A stretch of 63,261 nt of DNA from contig DASZHY010000090.1 in assembly GCA_035949675.1 (NCBI GenBank), forward strand, positions 1-63,261, written 5' to 3'. Source of the stretch: Thermoanaerobaculia bacterium (GTDB taxonomy: Bacteria; Acidobacteriota; Thermoanaerobaculia; Multivoradales; UBA5704). Under the pieces are notes generated by a model. The model saw nothing but the letters and a program-made list of their open reading frames with translations. It was not told the DNA's origin and searched no databases. The first letter of the stretch is position 1, and the number at the start of each line of letters is the position of its first letter. Shown in pieces: positions 28,995 to 39,100 of this stretch. The translations under genes and the position numbers were made by a program.

Positions 28995-30650
28995 TCAATC
29001 CCGGATGCGGAGCGAAATCACGTCGACCGGGGTGCAGGTGTCGCTGGCGATCCGGCCGTCCTCCAGCTTGACGATCCGATCGCAAGCGTCGTAATAGCGG
29101 TCGTCGTGAGTGACCACGATCGCGGTCTTGCCGCGCGCCTTGAGCGCCGGCAGCAGCTGGTGGTAGAAGATCTCCTTGAACACCGGATCCTGGTCCGCGG
29201 CCCACTCGTCGAAGACGTAGATCGGCCGGTCCTCGAGGAAGGCGGTGAGCAGCGCCAGCCGCTTGCGCTGCCCCTGCGACAGCTCGGTCGTCGAGAGCCT
29301 GCCCTCCTCCACCCGCACCTTGTGCTGCAGGTGCAGCGCGGCGAGGTAAGCGCGCGCCTCGGCATCGAGCTCCGGCCGCTCGAGCCCGAGCAGGTTCTGG
29401 AAGAGGTGGAAATCCGAGAACACCACCGCGAAATTCTGCCGGTAGGCGTCGCGACCCTCCTCGTTCACCGCCTTGCCGTCGAGCCGGATCGCGCCGAGGT
29501 CGGGCTGGTACAGGCCGACCAGCAGCTTCACCAGCGTCGTCTTGCCGCTGCCGTTGGCGCCCACCAGGAACACCAGCTCCCCCGGCACCAGCGCGAGATC
29601 GATCGGTCCCAGGACGAAGTCCATGTCGTCGCGCTCGCGCCGGTAGGTATGGGTGATGCCGGAGAGCTCCAGCCGCCGCCACGACCGCCGCGGCGGCACC
29701 TCGAGATCGCGCACCGCGTCGAGTGTGTCTCCCGACAGATCGACTCCCAGCCTTTCCACCCGGTTGAGACCGATGTTGCCGCGGCTGAAGACCGGCGCCG
29801 AGGTGAGGATGAAGCTGATCGGGTTGATCAAGAACAGCAGGGTCAAGGTGTAGCCGACGACCACCGAGCGGTCGACGCCGCCGGCGCCGGGCATGCCGAA
29901 CAGCAGCCAGCCGATGACGGCGAAGAGCACCAGCTGTCCCCAGTTGGCGGCGTAGGTGTAGATCCGTATCGCCGTCTCGTTGGCCTGCCGGAAATCCGCG
30001 GCGGTGGCAACCAGCTCGCGGGAGAAGAACGCCTCCCGCCGCCGTGCGTGCATCTTCAGCTCCTTGACGCCGTCGGTCAGCGCCCGCAGGTGTCGGTAGA
30101 GCTCGTCGTGCAGGTTGCGCGCTTTGCGGACGAAGGCCATGGCGCGTATCGCCGGCAGCTGGTAGCCGGCGCAGCCGACCGCCACGAACGCCAGGACCAC
30201 GGCCAGGCTGCGCCACGACAGCAGCCCGAGAAAGATCAGGCCGCCCAGCGTGATGGCGGCGCTGACGCAGATTCCGGGGACCAGGGCGACCGCGTTGCCG
30301 ACGCTCGCGACGTCCTCGCTGAGCACCGCCAGCAGGCGGTGCGCTCCCAGCTCCTCGAGCCGCCGCAAGGGCACCGACAGCAGGCGGCGGCTGAGCTCGC
30401 CGCGCAGCCGCAGGATGGTCCCCTGCCCGAGATGGGCGAGCAGCAGCTCGGAGGCGATGCGGCTGGCCGGCACCAGCAGGCAGACCCCCACGAACGTCCA
30501 CAGCCGCGCGGCGGGCGGGACCTTGCCGGTGAGCAGCGAGCTGACCACCGCCAGCAGCACGGCGCTGCTGGCGCCGCTGATCGCACCCGCGGCGATGGCC
30601 AGCCCGGCCGTGCCCTTCGAGAAGCGGAGCAGGAACTTGATGATTTTCAT
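28995..30650 (-). CDS. Cyclic-peptide-type ABC exporter (SyrD/PvdE-like fused permease-ATPase)
   Basis: There are six N-terminal TM helices. Walker A is 'GANGSGKTTLVKLL', the signature is 'LSQGQRKRLALL' and Walker B is 'IYVFDEWAADQD'. Confidence 0.9.
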   Translation of the reverse strand: MKIIKFLLRFSKGTAGLAIAAGAISGASSAVLLAVVSSLLTGKVPPAARLWTFVGVCLLVPASRIASELLLAHLGQGTILRLRGELSRRLLSVPLRRLEELGAHRLLAVLSEDVASVGNAVALVPGICVSAAITLGGLIFLGLLSWRSLAVVLAFVAVGCAGYQLPAIRAMAFVRKARNLHDELYRHLRALTDGVKELKMHARRREAFFSRELVATAADFRQANETAIRIYTYAANWGQLVLFAVIGWLLFGMPGAGGVDRSVVVGYTLTLLFLINPISFILTSAPVFSRGNIGLNRVERLGVDLSGDTLDAVRDLEVPPRRSWRRLELSGITHTYRRERDDMDFVLGPIDLALVPGELVFLVGANGSGKTTLVKLLVGLYQPDLGAIRLDGKAVNEEGRDAYRQNFAVVFSDFHLFQNLLGLERPELDAEARAYLAALHLQHKVRVEEGRLSTTELSQGQRKRLALLTAFLEDRPIYVFDEWAADQDPVFKEIFYHQLLPALKARGKTAIVVTHDDRYYDACDRIVKLEDGRIASDTCTPVDVISLRIRD

Positions 30651-30694
30651 CTCATGGCCTTTCTTGGGTGAGCGGCGAAATCCAGGTGCTCCGG

Positions 30695-32050
30695 TCAGCT
30701 TTCTCCGATCACCTCGGCAGGCGCCGGAGCGGGGACCTCGTCGAGCGCGGCGGCGATCGTGTCCAGCCCGTGCCGCAGCCCGTCCTCGTCGATGGTCAGC
30801 GGCGGCATCACCTTGAGCACCTCGTCCCGCGGCCCGGCGGTCTCGATCACCAGGCCGCGGGCGAAGGCGGCCCGCGCCACCGCCGTGGCCATTCCCGGCG
30901 CCGGCAGCTGAAGGCCGAGGATGAGGCCGCGGCCGCGCACCGCCGCCCCGAGGCCGGGGCGGGCCGCCGCGATCTCCTGCAGGCGGCGCATTGCCAGCTT
31001 CGACTTGCGCTGCACCTCCCGGCAGAAACCGTCGTCCCGCCAGTAGAGCTCGAGCGCCGCGGTGGCGGCGACGAACGCGAGGTTGTTGCCGCGGAAGGTG
31101 CCGGTGTGCTCCCCCGGGCGCCAGGCGTCCAGCTCGGGCTTGATCAGCAGCAGCGCCATCGGCATGCCGAAGGCGCCGATCGATTTGGAGAGGCAGACGA
31201 GGTCGGGCTCCAGGCCCGCCTCCTCGAAGCTGAAGAACCTGCCGGAGCGCCCGCAGCCGAGCTGGATGTCGTCGACGATGAGCAAGGCATCGGCGGCGCG
31301 CACCAGCGCCGCCAGGCGCCGCAGCCAGTCGCGGCTCGCGACGTTGACGCCGCCCTCGGCCTGCACGGTCTCGACGATCACCGCCGCCGGCTGGTCGAGG
31401 CCGCTGCTGGGATCGTCGAGCAGCGCCGCGAGCTGCGCCAGCGAGTCGCCGCGTCCCGCCGGATGGCCGTCGAAGGGCACCACCGTGGCATGGGCAAGGG
31501 GCACGCCGGCGGCGAGCCGCTTGGACCTGCTGCCGGTCACCGCCAGGGCGCCAAGCGAGAGGCCATGGTAGGAGTTGGTGAAATGGATGACCTCGGTGCG
31601 GCGCTTGACCTTGCGCGCCAGCTTGAGCGCCGCCTCGACCGCGTTGGCGCCGGTGGGACCCGTGAACTGAACCTTGTACTGAAGTCCCCGCGGCCTCAGG
31701 ATCAGCTCCTCGAAGCGCTCGAGGAACTCCCGCTTGGCGGCCGTGTACATGTCCAGCGAGTGGGTGACGCCGTCGCGCTCCAGGTACTCGATCAGCCGCC
31801 GTTTGATGAGCGGGTGGTTGTGGCCGTAGTTGAGCGAGCCGGCGCCGCTGACGAAATCGACGTACTCGCGCCCCGTCTCGTCGATCAGCCGGTAGCCGCG
31901 GGCCGCGACGAAGACCACCGGGAACGACCGGCAGTAGATACGGACCTCCGATTCCAGCCGCTCGAAGGTTGCCGTGCCGGCTGCCGGCGCGTCTTTCCCG
32001 GACGGCCGGCGGGTGGCAACCGCGCCGGCGGCGACTCCCCCGCCGCTCAC
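30695..32050 (-). CDS. Diaminobutyrate--2-oxoglutarate transaminase (EctB/PvdH-type)
   Basis: Motifs are 'FERLESEVRIYCRSFPVVFVAARGYRLIDETGREYVDFVSGAGSLNYGHNHP' and 'DDIQLGCGRSGRFFSFE...CLSKSIG' (PLP Lys). The GTG start forms a GTGA overlap with the upstream stop. Confidence 0.85.
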   Translation of the reverse strand: MSGGGVAAGAVATRRPSGKDAPAAGTATFERLESEVRIYCRSFPVVFVAARGYRLIDETGREYVDFVSGAGSLNYGHNHPLIKRRLIEYLERDGVTHSLDMYTAAKREFLERFEELILRPRGLQYKVQFTGPTGANAVEAALKLARKVKRRTEVIHFTNSYHGLSLGALAVTGSRSKRLAAGVPLAHATVVPFDGHPAGRGDSLAQLAALLDDPSSGLDQPAAVIVETVQAEGGVNVASRDWLRRLAALVRAADALLIVDDIQLGCGRSGRFFSFEEAGLEPDLVCLSKSIGAFGMPMALLLIKPELDAWRPGEHTGTFRGNNLAFVAATAALELYWRDDGFCREVQRKSKLAMRRLQEIAAARPGLGAAVRGRGLILGLQLPAPGMATAVARAAFARGLVIETAGPRDEVLKVMPPLTIDEDGLRHGLDTIAAALDEVPAPAPAEVIGES

Positions 32051-33108
32051 AGCGAGAGCTCCCGGCCGTCCACCGGCTCCGTCATGCCGACCCGGAGCCG
32101 CCGTTCGCCGCTGTAGGGGGTGCGCGCGTGCGCCACCGCCATGTTGTCGAGCAGCAGCACGTCGCCGCGCTGCCAGGGAAATGCCACCAGCTCCTGGCGA
32201 TAGGCCGCCCGGACCGCCTCGAGATCGGCGAGCGGGATCGGCGCGCCGTCGCCGAAGGTGGCGTTGCGCGGCAGATCCTCCTCGCCGAAGACCTCGAGCA
32301 GCGCCTCGCGGACGTCCGGCGCCAGGCTCGAGTAATGGAACAGGTGCGCCTGGTTGAACCACAGCGGACGGCCGGTCCGTGGGTGCACGGCGGTGGCCTG
32401 GCAGACCTGGCGGGTGCGCAGGCGCCCATCCTGCCGCCACTCGAATTCGATGCCCGCATGCCGGCAGAATTCTTCGACCGCGCCCCGGTCGTCGGTCAGG
32501 AAGACCTGCTCCCACGGCAGGTCGGCGCCGCCGCCGTAGTTGCGCACGTAGGCCACGCCCTTGGCCGCGAAGCGGGCGCGGACGTCCGGCGCGATGCGCT
32601 CGTGGACGCGGTGACTGTCGGCGATCGGGGTCATGCCGCCCTCGGCCGCCGGCAGCTCGCAGAAGAAGAAGAGCTTCATCGGCCAGATCGCGGCATACGA
32701 GTTCTCGTTGTGCGGCGGGATCTCCTCGCTCGCCGGGTACTCGGTCGAGGTGTAGATCCCCGCGCCTACTTCGGAGCGGGGGGTGGAGCGATAGCGGTAC
32801 TCGAGCAGGTCTCCCGAGAGCGCTTGGATGAAGCGCGAAAACGTCTCGACGCCGTCGAAGCCGAAGCCGCGGAACAGGATGGCCCCGTGGCGCAGCAGCA
32901 AGTCGCCGATCGCCGTCCGCTGTTCGGCGGCGCAGGCGACCGGATCGGCGCCGGGGGAGGCGGGCCGCGCCAGCAGCGGCAGGTCGGTTCCCGGCCGCAG
33001 CGGCTGGGTGACGATGGCATTCGGGCGCGGCAGGCGCACGCCGCGGCGCTCGACGCGGCCGATCGGTGCCGCGGCGGGCACCGGCGTTGGCGTTTCATCT
33101 CGGGTCAT
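32047..33108 (-). CDS. TauD/TfdA-family Fe(II)/2-oxoglutarate dioxygenase (SyrP-like putative beta-hydroxylase), copy 1
   Basis: Motifs are 'GAGIYTSTEYPASEEIPPHNENSY' (HxE) and 'PWQRGDVLLLDNMAVAHARTPY'. The ATG forms an ATGA overlap with the NRPS-4 stop. Confidence 0.85.
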   Translation of the reverse strand: MTRDETPTPVPAAAPIGRVERRGVRLPRPNAIVTQPLRPGTDLPLLARPASPGADPVACAAEQRTAIGDLLLRHGAILFRGFGFDGVETFSRFIQALSGDLLEYRYRSTPRSEVGAGIYTSTEYPASEEIPPHNENSYAAIWPMKLFFFCELPAAEGGMTPIADSHRVHERIAPDVRARFAAKGVAYVRNYGGGADLPWEQVFLTDDRGAVEEFCRHAGIEFEWRQDGRLRTRQVCQATAVHPRTGRPLWFNQAHLFHYSSLAPDVREALLEVFGEEDLPRNATFGDGAPIPLADLEAVRAAYRQELVAFPWQRGDVLLLDNMAVAHARTPYSGERRLRVGMTEPVDGRELSL

Positions 33109-36100
33109 GACGATCTCCTCATTGATTCCTGCGGTCGAATGCCCGCGGCGGGGGCCGTCTCGATCTCCTCGAGGCAGCGGCGGAGCTCCTGCGCCAGCGC
33201 GCGTACGTGAGGCTCGCGGACCATCGACTCGTGGTGGCCGGGAACGTGCCTGAGGTCCACGGGCTCGACGGCGAGCTTGGACCAGCCGTAGGTCGGATCG
33301 CCCCGGGTCGCCCGCTCGTAGATCTCGCGCACCTCCGAGAGCTCGATGCCGAGGTTGGGCTCGGAGGTGCGGAACAGGCTGATCCTGCCGGCATAAGGCC
33401 GCGGCGCGTAGCGGTTCATCGCCTCGATCCTGGCGACGCGCACGTCGAAGTAGCGCCGCAGCGTGGGGCGATCGACGTCGAAAGGCAGGGCGTCGCGCTG
33501 CTGCAGCTCCTCGAGCAGCAGCTCCATCTGTGCCTCCGGCGGGAGGCCGGCGATGTCGTACGGGGTGATCGGGAGCGGTTGCTTGCCCGCTGCCTCCGCC
33601 GCTTCCTGGGCGTGGGTGACGAGCAGGAACGCGCGCATCAGGCCGGGATCGATCCGCGACATCTCCTCGCTGATCGCCGGCACGCTGCAGTCGAGCATCA
33701 GCAGGCGCGGCACCGGCTCGCCCGCCCGCATCAGCTGCTGCGCCATCTCGTAGGCGACCAGGCCGCCGAACGACCAGCCACCGACCAGGTACGGTCCGTG
33801 CGGCTGCGCCTCCTGCAGCGCCTTCACGTAGCGCGCCGCCATCTCCTCGATGCTGACGAAGGGGTCGCGGTCGCCTTCGACGTCGAGCGCCTGCAGCCCG
33901 TAGAGCGGCTGATCCGGCCCCAGATGGCGAGCGAGATCGAGGTAGCAGACGACGGTGCCATGACCCGGGTGCACCATGTAGAGCGGCTGGCCCGCGCCCA
34001 GCGGCTGGATCGGCACCAGGTGGCCGGCGGGCGGCGCATCGGCGGCGGCATCCAGCAGCTTGGCCTGCTCGGCGATCGTCCTCGCCGCCAGCAGCGTGCT
34101 GAGCAGGACCTGGACGTGCCACCGCTTGCGCAGCCGCGAGACCAGGCGCACCGCCAGCAGGGAATTGCCGCCGAGCGCGAAGAAGTCGTCGTCGGTGCCG
34201 ATCGCGCTGCTGTCCAGCAGCTCGCTCCACAGGTGGACGAGCTGCACCTCGGTCGGAGTGCGCAGGCGGGACGGGCGGCGGCCGCTCGCGGCGGCGGCGG
34301 GCGGCGGCAGCGCCTGGCGGTCGAGCTTGCCGGTACGGGTCAGCGGCAGGGCGGGCAGGCAGACCACGGCGCTCGGCACCAGCGGTGCGGGAAGCCTTTC
34401 CTCGAGGAACTGCTGCAGCTCGGCCGGTGACGCGCCGCCGGCGCGGTCCGCCACCACGTAGGCGACCAGCGCGGCGCCGCTCGGATCGCGATGCGCCTCG
34501 ACCGCCGCCTCCCGGACCGCCGGGTGCCGCAGCAGCGCCGCCGCGACCTCCTGCGGCTCGACGCGGAAGCCGCGGATCTTGACCTGGAAGTCCGTCCGGC
34601 CCAGGTACTCGAGCCGGCCGTCCGGCAGATGGCGGGCAAGGTCGCCGCTGCGGTAAAGGCGCGCCCCGGGCTCACCGCTCCAGGGGTCGGGGACGAACCT
34701 CTCTGCGGTCAGCGCGGGACGGCCGAGATAACCGCGGGCGAGGCCGGCCCCGCCCAAGTACAGGCCGGCCGCCACCCCGGGAGCCACTGGCCGCAGATGG
34801 GCGTCGAGTACGTAGAGGCGGGAATTCTGAAGCGGTTTGCCGATCGGCACCGTCGCGGCGCGGCGATCCTCGCTCTCGCCGGCGACCTCCTGGCTCGCCA
34901 CTGCCACTGTCGCTTCGGTCGGGCCGTATTCGTTCCAGATCCGCAGCCCGGGCGCCAGCGCCCGCACCCGCTCGCACAGCCCCCACCCCAGCGCCTCGCC
35001 GCCCAGCAGCAGCCAGCGGCGGGGCAGCACCCCCGCCGGCTGGGCATGCTCGAGCAGCGCCGCGAGATGAGAGGGCACGATCTTGAGGAAGTCGGCCGGA
35101 TGCCGGGACAGGTACTCGGCGAGCCGCTCGGGGTCCCGCGCCTGCTCGTCTCCGAGCAGGTGGAGCTCGCCGCCCGTGGCCAGGGCCGCGAACACCGCGG
35201 TGACACTGAGGTCGGCGGCCAGGGTGGAGAGCAGGGCGTAGCTGGCGCCGGCCGGCGGGCGGAGCAGCCCCAGGGTGGCCTCGAGGTAGCTGCGCAGCTG
35301 GCGGTGGCTGACCATCACGCCCTTGGGCTCGCCGGTCGAGCCCGAGGTGTAGATGACATAGGCCAGATGGTCCGCGAGGACGGCGGCAGGCGGTGCCGGC
35401 TCGTCGCCGGCGCCCGGCTCCCGCTGGCCGGCCGGGACGGCGGCGGGATCGATCAGCGGCGCTCCACAACCCTCGAAGCGGGCGTGCCAGCGCGGCTCGG
35501 CAATGACCGCGGCGGCCCCGCTGTCGGCCACCAGCTGGCGCAGCCGGTCCGGCGGGTCCGCGGGATCGAGCGGCACGTAGGCGGCGCCGGCCGCGAGCGC
35601 TCCCAGCATCCCGACGATGGCCGCCGGCGTCCGCTCGGCGCACACCGCCACCCGTGACTCCGGCCCGAGGCCGCGGCGCCGCAGCTCCCGGGCGAGGCGG
35701 CCGGCCAGCCGGTCGAGCTCGCCATAGGTCAGGCGCCCGCCGTCGCCGGCGATCGCCGGGCGCCCGGGCCAGCGAGCGGCCTGGGCCGCGAACAGCTCGT
35801 GAACCGGCCGCTCCGCCGGCGCCGCCGGCACGGGAGCGGCGCCGGGCGCGCCGCTCCACTCGACGAGCGCCGCATGCCGCTCGCCGGCCGAGAGCGGCGT
35901 GAAGACGTCATAGCGGCCGCCAAGGTCGGCCGCCGCGTGATCCAGCGCCGCCAGGTAGTAGTCCTTGATGGCGGCGATCTGAGCGTCCGCGAGCACGGCC
36001 CGGTCGCAATCCAGATTGAAGACCAGGTTGGGAGAGCTGTAGCTGGTCTGGAAGGTGACGATCAGGGGAAAGTTGGTTTCCTCGACGAAGACGCCGGACC

Positions 36101-39100
36101 CCGCCGACTCCATGCCGTGCGCGCGCACCGCGTCCTCCATGACGTGGAAATGCAGATAGAGGAACGAGGTTTCGAGGAGCTGCTGCCGGCCCCAGCGCTC
36201 CTGGATCGCGGCCAAGGGGTAACGGCGGTAGGGCGTCATCTCGATGACCAGCTGGTGGACGCGGCCGGCGAGCTCGCGCCAGGTGCCGGCGGCGAGATCC
36301 AGCCGCACCGGCAGGCTATTGAGGAAGATGCCGCCGGTCAGGTGCCCGTCGGGGGTTTCGAGCCGGCCGTTGGTGGACATGCTGGTGAGGGTGTCGTCCT
36401 TGCCGCCCAGGGCGCTCATCACCACCAGGTGGACCGCCAGCAGCAGGCTGCTGAGCGGCAGCGCCTCCTGGCGGGCCAGCCGGCGCAGGCGCTCGGCGAG
36501 CTCCGGCGGCAGCGGCAAGTCGTAGCGCCGCACCCGGCGCTTGCCGGGATCGCGCCGCACGCCGGGCCAGCGCGGCAACACGAGCGGCGAGCAGTCCTCG
36601 AGCTGCCGCGCCCAGAAGCGTTGGTGCTCCGGCGACTCCAAGGCGCGGCGCTCGAGCGCCACGAAGTCGCGGAAGGCGGCGCGCAGCGGCGGCAGCTCGG
36701 GCTCCGGCTCGCCGCGGACCAGCGCGAAGTAGCAGGTCAGCAGCTCGCTGTAGGCGCTGTGCAAGCTCCAGCCGTCGATGCAGGCGTGGTTCTCGGTGAG
36801 CGTGAACTGCAGCGTCTCGTCGCTGGTGCGGTGGATCTGGAAACGCAGCTGCGGCGGCCGGGAGAGGTCGAAGGGATGAACCAGCTCGCGCTCCCAGTAA
36901 TCCTCGATCGCCCGCCGCTGCTCGCTCTCGGGCAACCGGCGCAAGTCTTCGACCGCCACCGGGAAGCGCGGCTCGCGGTGCACCAGCTGCAGCGGCTCGC
37001 TGTAGCTCGCCAGGTCGAACGAGGTACGGAGATTGGCATGGCGGGCAGCGATCCGCAGCACCGCGGCCTGGAAGAGGTCGGGATCGAACGGCATCCGCAG
37101 GTGATAGCTGTTGATGCTGTGGAACACCGGCGCGTCAGGGCGCTCCTCCATGTGATAGAGCATCCCTTCCTGCATGCGGGCCAGCGGGTAGGCGTCTTCG
37201 ACGTCCTCCGGCAAGCGCCCGCGGTCCGCGGGCGCCACCAGGCTGAAGGGCTCGGTGTGCAGGGACGCGAACGCCGCCGCGCCCGCGTGCCCCCGGCCGC
37301 CGGCGGCAGCGACCACGGCAGCGAGCTCCGCGATGGTGGCGAGCTTGACCACCTGCTGCAGGGAGAGCTCGAGCCCCTTCTCCCTGCCCAGCGCCACCAC
37401 CTGGATGCTGCGGATCGAGTCGCCGCCCAGGGCGAAGAAGCCGTCCTCGACGCCGACCCTGTCGACGCCCAGGACGCGCGACCAGATCGCCGCCAAGGTC
37501 TCCTCGACCGCGTTGCGGGGCGCGACGTAGGCGGCTTCGAGCCGGCGTGGGGCGACGCCGGGCGCCGGCAGCGCACGCCGGTCGACCTTGCCGTTGGCGG
37601 TCAACGGCAGGTGCTCGAGCACCACGAAGGCGGCGGGCACCATGTGCTCGGGGAGGCGTTGCAGCAGCGCCGCCCGCAGCCGCTCGCCGGTCGGGTGCTC
37701 GCCGGCGGCGGCGACGTAGGCGACCAGCCGCCTGCCCTCCGGCTCGTCCCGCGCCACCACCGCCGCCGCCTGCACCGCCGGGTCGGCCAAGAGCGCGGCC
37801 TCGATCTCCCCGGGCTCGATGCGGTAGCCGTGCAGCTTGATCTGCCCATCCGCCCGCCCGAGGAGATCGAGCGTGCCCCAGGCGTCGTATCGCGCCAGGT
37901 CGCCGGTGCGGTACAGCCGCGCGCCGGGCTCGCCGCTCCAGGCGTCGGGGACGAAGCTGGCCGCGGTCAGGTCGGGGCGGCCGAGATAGCCGCGCGCCAG
38001 CTGCGCGCCGCCGACGTGGATCTCGCCGGTGACCCCGGCGGGCACCGGCTCGCCGTGAGCTGCGAGGAGATAGATGCGGCAGTTGGCGAGCGGACGCCCG
38101 ATCGGCACCGCGCCGGATGCCGGCGGGCCGGGCGCCGCCTGGTGGATGACGCAGCCGACCACGGTCTCGGTCGGCCCGTACTCGTTGATCAGGCGCGTGG
38201 CGGCCGCGTGCTCGTGCCAGAACGACAGCTCGCTGGCCGGCAGCATCTCGCCTCCCAGCACCAGTGCCCGGGTCGCGCCGGCGGCGGCGGCCGGCGGCAG
38301 GCCTCGGTTGAGCAGACCGAGGTGGGCCGGAGTGAGCTTCACCAGGCTGAATCCGGGAGCGTCCGCGAGCGACGCGGCCAGCGCCAGGGCGCCGCGGGAG
38401 GCGGGCAGGAAGACCACCCGCCGGCCGGCGAGCAGCGGGGTGAACAGGCTGGTCAGCGTCAGGTCGAAGGTGAGGGGAGAATGGACCGGCGCGCCGCTGC
38501 CGGCCGCGACCTCGTAGGCCGCCGTGGCCCAGGCGAGATAGTTGACGGCGCCGCGATGCGGCACCATGACCCCTTTGGGCGTGCCGGTCGAGCCCGAGGT
38601 GTAAAGGACGTAGGCGAGGTTGTCCGGGCCCGGGGCAGCGCCCGCCGCGGCGGCGGTTTCCTCGCCGGCCGCCGGCGCGGCGCCCGGCCCCGTGACCGCG
38701 GCTGCCTCGCCGGCGTCGACCAGGCTGAGGGCCGGGACCGGCGGCAGCGCCTCGCCCGGCTCCGGCCCCGTCACCACCACCGCGATCCCGGCGTCGCGCA
38801 GCAGCAGGGCGGTTCGCTCCGCCGGGTAGGCAGGATCGAGCGGCACATAGGCGCCGCCGGCCTTGAGGATGCCCAGCATCGCGGCCAGGGCGGCCGGCGA
38901 CGCGGCAAGGAAGAGGCCGACCGGGACGTCGGGTCCGACCCCCGCCTGGCGCAGCCGGCCGGCAATCCGGCCGGCCCAGGCGTCGAGCCGGCGATAGCTC
39001 CAGCTGCTCTCCCCTGCCGTCATCGCCACGGCGTCGCCGGCGCGTGCGGCCTGCAGCTCGAACAGCGAGTGCACCGACCGCGCCCCGGCGAGGTCCTCGC

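Noticed and set aside
26969-34230. The upstream extensions of tracked ORFs 26969-28795, 27979-30501, 30695-32515 and 32047-34230.
   Set aside because: Recognisable enzyme sequence begins only at the internal starts (27979, 28953, 32050, 33108), each of which abuts the upstream gene's stop. The extensions are read-through of neighbouring genes in another frame.
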